From the NCBI GenBank assembly GCA_050250255.1, contig JBFWOZ010000003.1, positions 68,239 to 132,238 of the forward strand: 64,000 nt of DNA. Direction: 5' to 3'. This document shows, piece by piece, positions 47,537 to 56,915 of this stretch (its first letter is position 1; each line of letters opens with the position of its first letter). Below the pieces are notes generated by a model. That model saw nothing but the letters and a program-made list of their open reading frames with translations, made no database searches and was not told where the DNA came from. The position numbers were made by a program, and so were the translations under genes. This DNA comes from Bdellovibrionales bacterium. Its GTDB lineage: Bacteria; Bdellovibrionota; Bdellovibrionia; Bdellovibrionales; DASUEL01.

Positions 47537-48264
47537 AAATCCTCTCTTATAATATTCATAAAGGGTTTTCGACTCTGAATTCCAAATTTGTTTTAAGTTC
47601 TATTAAAAAAGCCATTCGTACGGTTGGTGCGGATATGGTTTTTTTGCAAGAGGTGTTAGGCCAGCATGAAAAACACAGCCAGAATCATAAGGACTGGCCC
47701 ACACAGTTCGAGTTTCTTGCTGATGAAATGTGGCCTCACTACGCCTACGGAAAAAACGCGGTTTATTCTGAAGGTCATCACGGAAACGCGATTTTAAGTC
47801 GCTATCCGATTATCAAATGGGAAAACTGGGATATTTCCACTAACCAGAGAGAAAAACGTGGTTTACTGCATTCGGAAATTAAGTTACCGAAAGATCAAAT
47901 CATCGTACACGCGATTTGTCTTCACCTTGATCTCTTAGAAAAGGGTCGGCAGCTACAGGCGGATCGACTTCACGCACACATCAAGAAAATTCCTAAGGAA
48001 ATGCCGCTCATTTTGGCAGGAGATTTTAACGATTGGCGAAGTCGTATTTCTGAAAAATTATTTCGCGAGTTAGGGATGAAGGAAGCTTTTGAAGAATGGA
48101 GTGGAGAACACGCCAAAACTTTTCCAAGTTTTTTCCCGCTCTTAAGATTAGACCGTATTTATTATCGCCATTTGAAGTTAAAAAATGTCGAATGTTTAAG
48201 CGGGAAGCCGTGGAACCAACTCTCCGATCACGTCGCTCTCATGGCAGAGTTTGAAAGCCTATGA
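47533..48264 (+). CDS. Endonuclease/exonuclease/phosphatase family protein (YbhP-like)
   Basis: SYNIHKG, LQEV, HHGNAILS, AGDFNDW, LDRIY, LSDH. Confidence 0.9.
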   Translation: MKILSYNIHKGFSTLNSKFVLSSIKKAIRTVGADMVFLQEVLGQHEKHSQNHKDWPTQFEFLADEMWPHYAYGKNAVYSEGHHGNAILSRYPIIKWENWDISTNQREKRGLLHSEIKLPKDQIIVHAICLHLDLLEKGRQLQADRLHAHIKKIPKEMPLILAGDFNDWRSRISEKLFRELGMKEAFEEWSGEHAKTFPSFFPLLRLDRIYYRHLKLKNVECLSGKPWNQLSDHVALMAEFESL

Positions 48265-49025
48265 GTCGACCAGTTGTTTTAACGACGGATGATATGAACC
48301 AATCCCTATACGGTACGGCACGATCGCGCACGCTTTTTCTTGTCGGAGTACAACTGGCACATCTTCTTCGGGCCGATCTGCATATGATTCATGTTGACGA
48401 CCCTAATGATCTCAACTTTCGTGAGCCAGTTTACCGGAAATATTTGGCGAGTCTCTCAGAGAAGGGGAAGGTCAGAAATTACAAGCTTGATGATCACAGT
48501 GTCGTAAAAATTTACTATCGTCTGCTTGAGGGGTCTCCGTTTGAAAAAATCTTAGAGGCCATTGAACACACACAGAACTTAGCATTGGTTGTCATGGGTA
48601 CCTATGGACGCTGGGGATTTCGGCGCTGGCTCATTGGAAGTGTCACGCGTAAAGTGATTCAGCGAGGTCATGCCTCTGTCGTTTTAGTAGGGCGTTCCTG
48701 TGTGCAGGCAAAACGTGATCGAAATCCCTTAGGAGTCTGTCGACTCTTGGCGGTCGTAGATAAGTCGGTCCCTCAGTATTGGATCGACCATGTCTTACGT
48801 TTAGGATCCTCACCGAAGTTTGAAATACAAATGTATGAACTGATAAAAAAAACTTGGTTCTCTAGATTCAGAAACACCCAAAGTCTTAAGCGTCTCATTG
48901 CCAAATCCTATCGCGAAAATAAAGTCACTCACGTTATTATACCTAAAGATTTCCCAGTGAGCTTAAGAAGCCTTGCTGGCGATGCCCCGGTGCCCATCAT
49001 TGTGAGTGCGATTAAGGAGTCGTAG
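48261..49025 (+). CDS. Universal stress protein family
   Basis: LVVMGTYGRWG..RWLIGSVTRKV motif. Confidence 0.75.
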   Translation: MSRPVVLTTDDMNQSLYGTARSRTLFLVGVQLAHLLRADLHMIHVDDPNDLNFREPVYRKYLASLSEKGKVRNYKLDDHSVVKIYYRLLEGSPFEKILEAIEHTQNLALVVMGTYGRWGFRRWLIGSVTRKVIQRGHASVVLVGRSCVQAKRDRNPLGVCRLLAVVDKSVPQYWIDHVLRLGSSPKFEIQMYELIKKTWFSRFRNTQSLKRLIAKSYRENKVTHVIIPKDFPVSLRSLAGDAPVPIIVSAIKES

Positions 49026-49039
49026 AGTTTTTCCGATGA
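49013..49039 (+). promoter_or_regulatory. Putative sigma28 (FliA)-type promoter
   Basis: TAAG-N15-TCCGATGA, 6 bp before the ATG at 49046. Confidence 0.4.
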
Positions 49040-49045
49040 GAATTC

Positions 49046-49483
49046 ATGGCACTTAAAACATTTACCGCACAAATCGATCATCGAGACTCTCTACAAGTAG
49101 ATGTGGAAGTGTCTCAGGATGAAACAAAAGGTGTGTTAAAAGCGGTGCGAGCCATGGGATGTCACATGCATCTTCAAAAGGTTCAGGAGCTGAGAGCAAA
49201 TGTAGGGAAACCTCTGCATGAAATTAGCGCTCCCATCGGCTCCCATCACACAGACCTTTTAGTACGCGAAGTTTTAGCGAAAGCCCAAGGACAATTTGCT
49301 CTACCGTACAAAGAAGAAGAGCTCTGCCACTGTCGAGCGATTCCTACTCATGTTGTAGACCAATCTATCCTCTCTGGTTGTCACACGCCCGAACAAGTCA
49401 GTCGTGCCACTTCCGCGTCTACAGCCTGCGGCTCCTGCCGCCATGACGTTGTGAAGCTCCTTCAGTACCGTCTTAATAAGTAA
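49046..49483 (+). CDS. Protein with C-terminal BFD-like (2Fe-2S) domain
   Basis: LCHCRAI...ASTACGSC. Confidence 0.8.
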   Translation: MALKTFTAQIDHRDSLQVDVEVSQDETKGVLKAVRAMGCHMHLQKVQELRANVGKPLHEISAPIGSHHTDLLVREVLAKAQGQFALPYKEEELCHCRAIPTHVVDQSILSGCHTPEQVSRATSASTACGSCRHDVVKLLQYRLNK

Positions 49484-49827
49484 CTTTAGGTTTGGCGGAA
49501 ACATGAGCAGCGTCAAAAAGCTCAGACAGTCCTCGCGCCGATAACTCCAATGCATGATACTATTTTTTTATAAATTAAAAATTGAGGATTGTTTGTATTT
49601 AAGCTCCGGTATCTAGCACCGTTCTGATCGTATCGGTGTACCCATAACATTCCCTAAATTGTAACCATTTATATAAAGTCTCTAGACACAAATAAATCAA
49701 TAACATCATATAATTGGAGGGCTATTAACGAAGGCTCTGAGCTATTCGTCGACAAATTGGCGAGCCAAACTGGGTTGGCATTGATTGCAGTTATTCCGAA
49801 GTGTGTATCTACAAAGGAGAAGAAGTA

Positions 49828-50400
49828 ATGGAAAGATTGTTATTTGCACTTATATTGACAGTTGGCTCTATGGGCCTTGCGTCTGATCAAATTTGTGATT
49901 TTCGTTTTTCGAAGAAGCATCAGTCTTTTGAAGTCTTAGAAGGAGATGGAGTCGTTCGACGAACTTATGACTATGATTCGGCCTTGGAATTTAGAAATCG
50001 TTTGATTCGCAGTGGAGTCTGTAAAGCTAAGACAACTTTAGAAAGCTGCGAGATCACGAGGCACGGAAGAGATTACTACCGTGTTTTGAGAGGGGACAAT
50101 ATTGAGCAGACCCTAGAGTCGAGAGAATTTGCTCAGTTTCTTTACAACAGAATGATTTCAGATGGACTTTGCACCCAAGGTTCTGTTCCCTTATACTCGG
50201 TTCCTTGTCAACGTCAGGGAAATACAATTCTAATTGGCGATCCGGCCAAGTGGTATGTGGGTAAGAAACGCTACTACGGGGATGATGGCGAGTTTCACGC
50301 TCAAAGAGCTTTAGAACATTTTTTAGATATAAAAATATGCAGTGAAGTACATGGTCAAGCGCAGAGCCACCAATCAATTTCTAATGGAGTTAGCCAATAA
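49828..50400 (+). CDS. Exported protein with three Cys-bounded repeats of about 48 aa
   Basis: AAGGAG RBS, signal peptide, repeats ending LIRSGVC / MISDGLC / LDIKIC. Confidence 0.6.
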   Translation: MERLLFALILTVGSMGLASDQICDFRFSKKHQSFEVLEGDGVVRRTYDYDSALEFRNRLIRSGVCKAKTTLESCEITRHGRDYYRVLRGDNIEQTLESREFAQFLYNRMISDGLCTQGSVPLYSVPCQRQGNTILIGDPAKWYVGKKRYYGDDGEFHAQRALEHFLDIKICSEVHGQAQSHQSISNGVSQ

Positions 50401-50518
50401 CCGCAACCACTTCGATTTCAGTTGACGGCGGGCATGGTACCCGCCAGATCCGTCGGGCCAAAATTATGGTTCCGCTTCTTGAAAAATATATGACAAGCTC
50501 AAGCGATCTTCTAGCCGT

Positions 50519-50773
50519 CTAAATGATTTTGCGTTTTTTGCCGGTCATGTCGGGACGAATCGTCTCCGGGAACTTGCCTGAAGCTAGATACTCCTCAAGA
50601 AGTGGAGCGAGCTTGCGACGGCAGGATCCGCCACAGGCACCTACACCAGCTGTTGTTGCATCGAAAATTTTATTAAGCGTATCGGCACCGTCACGAATCG
50701 CTTGTTCGATGGTCTCACGAGAAATGTTGTTGCAGAAACAAATGATTTCTTGTTTTGGTTTTTGTCCCATCAA
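50519..50773 (-). CDS. BFD-like (2Fe-2S)-binding protein
   Basis: ICFCNNI...TAGVGACGGSC. Confidence 0.8.
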   Translation of the reverse strand: MMGQKPKQEIICFCNNISRETIEQAIRDGADTLNKIFDATTAGVGACGGSCRRKLAPLLEEYLASGKFPETIRPDMTGKKRKII

Positions 50774-51753
50774 GACACCAACTTAAAATGTGTTAGCATG
50801 AGACTTAACGTTTTCGATTTCAATTGATCGAAGTTTCCTTTTTTGTAAGCCCCTGCGGAGAACGGATGGCCTCCGCCACCTAAATCTTCAGCGATCTGTA
50901 GAACGCGGTATTTCCCTTTGCTTCGGAAACTGATTTTATAATCGTCGACGCCATCTTCACGAAAAACCACGGCAACTTCGATGGATTCGATGTTCATGAT
51001 CATATCAATGATATCGTTTGTTTCATCGGTGTTAAGGCCATGATCTATGAGATCCTTATCGCGAACTTTAAGGACTGCAATTTTGCGATCTGAGTAATAT
51101 TCAATTTGTAAGAGGGCTTTGGCAAGAAATGAAATTTTACTGATCGTTTGATTTCCAAAGAGAGATCGATGGATTTCTTCAGCGTTAATTTTATGTTGCA
51201 GGAGCTCCGCAGAAATCAGATGAGAATTGGGCGAGCTGCGAATAAAACGAAAAAGCTGTGTATCAAAAACGATGCTCGTATAAAGATTTTGAGCGATGTT
51301 GGAATCGAGTTCAATTCCTAAATCTTTAATGATGTTGTATGCAATTTCGCCGGTGCTTGCGGCATTCGTATCGATGTAAGAGCCAAGAGTTGGGGTGGGG
51401 CCTTGTTCAAGTACGGGATGGTGATCTACAAAAATCACTTCGCGAGAATGTTTTTTGAATTCATGAAAGAGCTCGCCGAGAAGACGCGCATCATTGGTAT
51501 CAAAAACCAAAACCAGATCCGTTTTTGCAATAGGATCATAGGCGCGCTCAAAATATTGAATCTCCTGAAAGCCTTTAAGAAACGCATATTTTTTAGGAGT
51601 AGGGTCAACATTGAGAATACGTACTTCTTTCCCAATTTTTACGAGTGCGTGATAAAGCGCGAGCTGTGCGCCGAGGCCATCACCATCACATTGTCGATGT
51701 GTGCTGAGAATAATATTTTTTGCTTTCTGAATCCGCTGAATGAGCTGCTTCAT
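50770..51753 (-). CDS. nrnA: DHH/DHHA1 oligoribonuclease / PAP phosphatase
   Basis: H..CDGDGLG, FVDHH, SFRSKG, GGGHPFSAG. Confidence 0.88.
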   Translation of the reverse strand: MKQLIQRIQKAKNIILSTHRQCDGDGLGAQLALYHALVKIGKEVRILNVDPTPKKYAFLKGFQEIQYFERAYDPIAKTDLVLVFDTNDARLLGELFHEFKKHSREVIFVDHHPVLEQGPTPTLGSYIDTNAASTGEIAYNIIKDLGIELDSNIAQNLYTSIVFDTQLFRFIRSSPNSHLISAELLQHKINAEEIHRSLFGNQTISKISFLAKALLQIEYYSDRKIAVLKVRDKDLIDHGLNTDETNDIIDMIMNIESIEVAVVFREDGVDDYKISFRSKGKYRVLQIAEDLGGGGHPFSAGAYKKGNFDQLKSKTLSLMLTHFKLVS

Positions 51754-51833
51754 GCTTACACACCTTACCTCTACTTTTCGAGAAAAAGGGGTGAAGGATA
51801 GAGTCTAGAAGTCCAAAGAAACACATCTTTTGT

Positions 51834-51957
51834 CGAGGCAATCCGTAAAGGCCGTAGTCGAGGCGCGACCGAGGGAAGCGCGGAAGGCCTACTTCCTGTA
51901 GGCCGCACAAGCGACCCGACCGAGCAACGAAGGATACGGCCTTTACGGGCCGCCTCG
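51834..51957. repeat. GC-rich palindromic MITE/REP-like element
   Basis: Outer CGAGGC/GCCTCG and CCGTAAAGGCCGTA/TACGGCCTTTACGG arms; inner GGCCTAC-TTCCT-GTAGGCC hairpin. Confidence 0.75.
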
Positions 51958-51958
51958 T

Positions 51959-53314
51959 CTAGGGATTGCCGAAGTATTTAAGAGCAAGTGTTGCGATGCC
52001 TAAAAACGAGAAGAAACCCGCACAGTCTGTGAAGGTCGTGACGATAACTCCGCTACCTACGGCAGGATCCCACTTCAACTTTCTTAAAATGATAGGAATC
52101 ATGGAACCGAAGGTGGTTGCGATAAAGCAGTTGATGATCATCGCGGTCGCAATAACTCCAGAAACGAGAAGACTCCCTTTCCAGAAATAGACAATGAAAG
52201 CACAGCAAACACCGGTGACCGCACCGATAGAAACTCCCACGAGCATTTCTTTGAGCACCGCTTTAGAATAAGAAATAAATTTAAAATCGTCGGTAGCGAT
52301 ACCGCGTGTGACAACTGTGAGAGATTGGATCGCGGCGTTTCCGCCCATGCCGGCAACAATGTTATTAAGAACCGCAAGGATGATGAGCTCGTTCATGGTT
52401 TCTTCAAACATTCCTACGACGGAACTGGCCAAGAAGGCCGTGAAAAGGTTGAACACCATCCAAGGGAGTCGAAACCCAAAACTCCGACGAGCTTGCGAGT
52501 AAATACGATCATCTTCTTGAAGACCCGCGGAGGCGTAAGCCTCGGCCGTAGCTTGTTCTTGAATGATGTCAACCACGTCATCAACTGTGATAATTCCCAA
52601 AAGCTTTTTCTCAGGATCCACGACTGGAATTGCAATTAAGTCGTAGTGACTCACAATTCTGGCGACTTCATTTTTTGGAAGTTGCGGGGGAATCGTGACG
52701 ATGTCGGTTTTGGCAAGATCCACAAGGGGAACGTTGGCTTGAGCCGTGGTGAGGGCACGAAGTGAGCAGACTCCAAAAAGTTTTCCCGATGAATCTGTAC
52801 AGTAAATGTAATAAAGCGATTGCTCTGGAGCTTTTTGTCTTAAGTAATCAATCGCTTCTTGTGCCGTTAAATGAGAAGGCAAAGTGAACACTTGTGTGTC
52901 CATGATTCGACCCGCAGAGTCTTCAGGGAAATCAAGAAGCTGAATGAGTCGTTTTTGTCTCATGGGATCAAGCTTCGAAAGAACCTCATCGCGTTTGTCG
53001 GCCGAAAGTGTTGAGAGAATGTAGGAGGCATGGTCCTCAGGGCAGTAAGTGAGGAGACTGTAGAGTTTATTCGCTTCAAACATCTCCAAAAATTCGGTCA
53101 GCTGATGGACGGGAAGCTCCATGAGAGTATCAGTGGCTTTGTCGATGGACATGAGGGCTTCCACGAGAAGCTTTTTCTCGCGGTTAGAAAGGGCGATAAA
53201 GAGGGTTGTGAGGTCAGCTGAAGGAATGCGCTTTAAAATCGCTCTTAACGGCCGGTTATGGCGCCCACCAAGCAATCTTCTGACAATGAAAACGTTTGTT
53301 GGGTTAAGAGTCAT
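51959..53314 (-). CDS. mgtE: Magnesium transporter MgtE
   Basis: N domain, CBS pair (EDSAGRIM, GIITVDD), RLPW, GMGGN, DPAVGSG..VTTFTD. Confidence 0.93.
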   Translation of the reverse strand: MTLNPTNVFIVRRLLGGRHNRPLRAILKRIPSADLTTLFIALSNREKKLLVEALMSIDKATDTLMELPVHQLTEFLEMFEANKLYSLLTYCPEDHASYILSTLSADKRDEVLSKLDPMRQKRLIQLLDFPEDSAGRIMDTQVFTLPSHLTAQEAIDYLRQKAPEQSLYYIYCTDSSGKLFGVCSLRALTTAQANVPLVDLAKTDIVTIPPQLPKNEVARIVSHYDLIAIPVVDPEKKLLGIITVDDVVDIIQEQATAEAYASAGLQEDDRIYSQARRSFGFRLPWMVFNLFTAFLASSVVGMFEETMNELIILAVLNNIVAGMGGNAAIQSLTVVTRGIATDDFKFISYSKAVLKEMLVGVSIGAVTGVCCAFIVYFWKGSLLVSGVIATAMIINCFIATTFGSMIPIILRKLKWDPAVGSGVIVTTFTDCAGFFSFLGIATLALKYFGNP

Positions 53315-53510
53315 TGGTCAGTCCGCCCTTATTTCTGCTTTTTGTCCGCTTTTTCCCAATCGAGCTCGGCTTATTAGCAGTTCTAATACTTAATGCCTCA
53401 ATATTCTACTTAAAAAGAACTAATTGCTTATGGGGTCGGGCTTTAAGGTTGATCGCCACAGCGAGTTCAGCTATAAACTTTGCCTTCGTTTACGTAAAAA
53501 GGAATTTTAT

Positions 53511-53987
53511 ATGTCAGACATTCTACCTATTACCGTTAAGGGAAAACTGAAGCTTGAGACAGAACTCAAAAATTTGATTTCTGTTGAACGGCCTGCAGTG
53601 ATTCGCTCGATCGAAAGCGCCCGTGCTCAAGGCGACCTTAGCGAAAATGCGGAATACGATGCCGCAAAAGAACGCCAGTCTTGGATTGAATCCCGCATCG
53701 GCGAGATTCAGGGTCAATTGGCGGGAGCCGAAGTCGTTGATCCAGCGACCATTAAAGCGGACAAAGTGGTTTTCGGTGCAACGGTAACGATGGAAGACGC
53801 TGAAACTGAGAAGTCTGTGACGTACCAAATCGTAGGGGTTGACGAAGCAGACGTTAAAGAGGGAAAAATCTCTATCATTTCGCCTCTCGCAAGGGCCCTC
53901 ATTGGTAAAAAAGTAGGAGATTTGGTCGAACTGAAGACTCCTCAATCCGACAAAGAATACGAAGTTAAAAATATCGTTTTTAAGTAA
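53511..53987 (+). CDS. greA: Transcription elongation factor GreA
   Basis: GDLSENAEYDAAKE, V.FGATV, YQIVG.DEAD, SPLARALIGK; AAGGA RBS before ATG 53511. Confidence 0.95.
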   Translation: MSDILPITVKGKLKLETELKNLISVERPAVIRSIESARAQGDLSENAEYDAAKERQSWIESRIGEIQGQLAGAEVVDPATIKADKVVFGATVTMEDAETEKSVTYQIVGVDEADVKEGKISIISPLARALIGKKVGDLVELKTPQSDKEYEVKNIVFK

Positions 53988-54140
53988 AAAAAGTCAGTAA
54001 AAACACAGGTTTTTTTTTATTATTTCGAGATCAACTTACGGTTTTTTTAGTGAAAGAAAAGCCCACCGAACCGACTAAAATCGAAAAACTTCTGTAGTTT
54101 TATGGCGAGCTCCTACGTTTAAATTAATATTTGACCCTTT

Positions 54141-55565
54141 TTAGCCATTCAGAGTGCGACCATGAACGGCGAGAGCCGCCTCTTTAGTGGCTTCAGAAAT
54201 GGTAGGATGGCCATGCATCGTGAGCGCGACGTCTTCGGCAGTAGCTCCAAACTCCATCGCTACACAAATCTCGTGGATCATCTCGGAGGCGTTCGGAGTC
54301 ATCATGTGAGCTCCTAGAATGCGATCCGTTTTTTCATCCACCAAAAGTTTTACGAAACCGTCGGTTTCACCAACGCTGATCGCGCGGCCGTTAGCTCTGA
54401 GATTAAATTGTCCTTTTTTGTAAGCCACACCCTCTTTTTTTAATTCCTGTTCTGTTTTGCCCACGCTTGCCACTTCCGGGTGAGTATAGAGAATTCCGGG
54501 AACAAGACCATATTCTACTTCCGGTTTTTGACCGGCGAGTATTTCGGCACAAGCCACACCTTCTTCTTCCGCCTTGTGCGCGAGCATCAGCCCACCGATC
54601 ACATCCCCAAGGGCGTAAACGCCGGGGACGGAGGTCTCAAAATGTGTGTTCACTTCGATAAATCCACGTTGGCTTGGTTTTAATCCGATATTTTCTAAGC
54701 CTAACCCTTCCGTGTAAGGTTTACGGCCGACGCTCATAAGAACGCGATCGGCTTCGATCTTTCGCTCTTTGCCCTCACTATCTTTTACGGTGACGATGGC
54801 CTTTTTGCCATCCACTTTTACGCCTTGAACCGCGGTTTTAAGAGAGAAGGTGAGTCCTTGTTTTTGAAGAATTTTGAGAAGTCCCGAACTTAAAGCATCA
54901 TCCATATTGGGAATGATCTTGTCTTGAAATTCCACAACCTCAACAGAGGATCCAAGTCGCGCCCATACGGAACCCAATTCTAATCCGATGTAACCGCCGC
55001 CAATCACCACCAGTTTTTTAGGAACTTCAGAGAGAGAAAGGCCGCCCGTCGAAGAGACCACGCGATCTTCATCGATTTTTACACTTGGCAAGGAAGAGGG
55101 GACACTGCCGGTTGCAATGATGGTATGTTTTGATTTTAAAATCGTTTTTGTTCCATCTGCGCCGGTTACGAGAATTTCGTGAGCCGATTTAAAACTGCCG
55201 GTTCCGCGAAAAGAAGTGATTTTGTTTTTCTTAAAAAGTCCGGCTACGCCACTTGTAAGAGTGTTCACAACTTGCGTTTTTCTTTCGAGCATTTTTTTAA
55301 GATCGAGTTTTATGCCTTCAATCATCACACCGTGCTCTTTGGCTTCTGTGTGAGACTTGTGAAACAGGTGACTCGATTCAAGCAGCGCTTTGCTAGGAAT
55401 ACAGCCGACATTGAGACACGTGCCACCGAGAGTAGGATCTTTCTCTACGCAAGCGGTGTTGAAACCTAGTTGGCTCGCGCGAATGGCCGCGATATAACCA
55501 CCGGGGCCGGAGCCAAGGATTACCACATCAAACTCTAAATTTTCGGTAGAGGAAGCCATGATCAA
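54141..55565 (-). CDS. lpdA: Dihydrolipoamide dehydrogenase (E3)
   Basis: [26 protein letters not shown]. Confidence 0.96.
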   Translation of the reverse strand: MIMASSTENLEFDVVILGSGPGGYIAAIRASQLGFNTACVEKDPTLGGTCLNVGCIPSKALLESSHLFHKSHTEAKEHGVMIEGIKLDLKKMLERKTQVVNTLTSGVAGLFKKNKITSFRGTGSFKSAHEILVTGADGTKTILKSKHTIIATGSVPSSLPSVKIDEDRVVSSTGGLSLSEVPKKLVVIGGGYIGLELGSVWARLGSSVEVVEFQDKIIPNMDDALSSGLLKILQKQGLTFSLKTAVQGVKVDGKKAIVTVKDSEGKERKIEADRVLMSVGRKPYTEGLGLENIGLKPSQRGFIEVNTHFETSVPGVYALGDVIGGLMLAHKAEEEGVACAEILAGQKPEVEYGLVPGILYTHPEVASVGKTEQELKKEGVAYKKGQFNLRANGRAISVGETDGFVKLLVDEKTDRILGAHMMTPNASEMIHEICVAMEFGATAEDVALTMHGHPTISEATKEAALAVHGRTLNG

Positions 55566-56764
55566 CCTTTCATCACTTCTTCAACAGAGACTTGTTCAAG
55601 GTATTCTTTTACTTTCACGAGGAAAGTGACGGAATCTTTTCCATCGATTACTCGGTGATCATAACTAAGGGCCACATACATCATAGGTCGTACTTCCATC
55701 GCAAAAGTTCCGTCTGATTTTTCAATGGCCATAGGACGATTTTGTGTTTTGTGCATTCCTAAGATCCCGCTTTGTGGAGGATTGAGAATCGGCGTCGAGA
55801 GAAGTGAACCGAATACCCCACCGTTCGTGATCGTGAAAGTTCCACCCATCATGTCTTCAATGCCGAGTTGGCCCACACGCGCTTTTTCAGCTAAGGTGCC
55901 AATTCCTTTTTCAATATCCGCATAGCTTAATTGATCGGCGTAGCGCAGGACGGGAACCACAAGGCCTCGTTCAGTACTCACGGCGATACCAGCATGCAAG
56001 TTCTCATGATAAAGAATATCAGTGCCGTCGATAAAAGCATTTACGACGGGAACCGCGCGTGCGGCGTGAGCTACGGCTTTTGTAAAGAAAGACATAAATC
56101 CAAGTTTCACATTATGTTTCTTTAGGAATTCATCTTTCAACTGACCACGAACTTTTAAAATCTGAGTCATGTCCACTTCGTTAAAAGTAGTAAGTGTTGC
56201 AGTGGATTGTTGAGAGTAGATGAGTCGTTCCGCGATTTTTTTGCGGATCACACTCATGGGTTTACGTGTGACACCTGTTTGAGATGGGTCCGTAAAAGCT
56301 CCAGCACCTCCACTATGAGAAGGCGCTTGAGCGCGACCTTCGCGAACGGCTTTTCGTTGAGCGGGGCCCATGCCGGCTGTGTGAGTGGCAAGTCCACCAC
56401 CACCAGAAAAGGAAGCCGCTGGTGCAGAAGGTTTAGCAGCTGAGGGAGGAGGTGAGGATTTTGTAGGCGCAGGAGCTGCCGGTTTTGCCGGAGCGCTCGT
56501 AGTTGCCCCACCTGCTGGTTTCGCAGCAGAAGTATCGACACTTCCTGCAACAGACCCGATTGCAACAACATCACCTTGATTTACTTTTGCAGAGAGAACT
56601 CCGCTTGCAGGAGCCGTTACTTCCATCGTGGCTTTTTCAGTTTCAATTTCAAAAACGACGGCGTCTTTTTCCACCCACTCACCATTTTTAAAATTCCAAC
56701 GACCAATGGTCGCTTCGTTAATAGATTCACCGACTGGAGGAATTTTAATATCGACGGATGCCAT
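55562..56764 (-). CDS. sucB: 2-oxoglutarate dehydrogenase E2
   Basis: Lipoyl domain ETEKAT, Ala/Pro linker, [10 protein letters not shown]; start MASVD after AAGGAG. Confidence 0.95.
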   Translation of the reverse strand: MASVDIKIPPVGESINEATIGRWNFKNGEWVEKDAVVFEIETEKATMEVTAPASGVLSAKVNQGDVVAIGSVAGSVDTSAAKPAGGATTSAPAKPAAPAPTKSSPPPSAAKPSAPAASFSGGGGLATHTAGMGPAQRKAVREGRAQAPSHSGGAGAFTDPSQTGVTRKPMSVIRKKIAERLIYSQQSTATLTTFNEVDMTQILKVRGQLKDEFLKKHNVKLGFMSFFTKAVAHAARAVPVVNAFIDGTDILYHENLHAGIAVSTERGLVVPVLRYADQLSYADIEKGIGTLAEKARVGQLGIEDMMGGTFTITNGGVFGSLLSTPILNPPQSGILGMHKTQNRPMAIEKSDGTFAMEVRPMMYVALSYDHRVIDGKDSVTFLVKVKEYLEQVSVEEVMKG

Positions 56765-56886
56765 GAAAGACTCCTTTTTGCGCACTCAGGGTTGAATCTT
56801 AGTTTTAACGTGCAAACTTTTGTTTTTCAAAGCATTTACATGGATTTAAGAGACCCAGACCTAGGGCCATTTAACGCACTATTGCT

Positions 56887-56915
56887 ACCAAAAGGTGCGG
56901 CGCACCTTTTGGTTA
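56887..56915. repeat. Palindrome overlapping the sucA stop codon
   Basis: ACCAAAAGGTGCG-G-CGCACCTTTTGGT with 13-bp arms. Confidence 0.7.
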
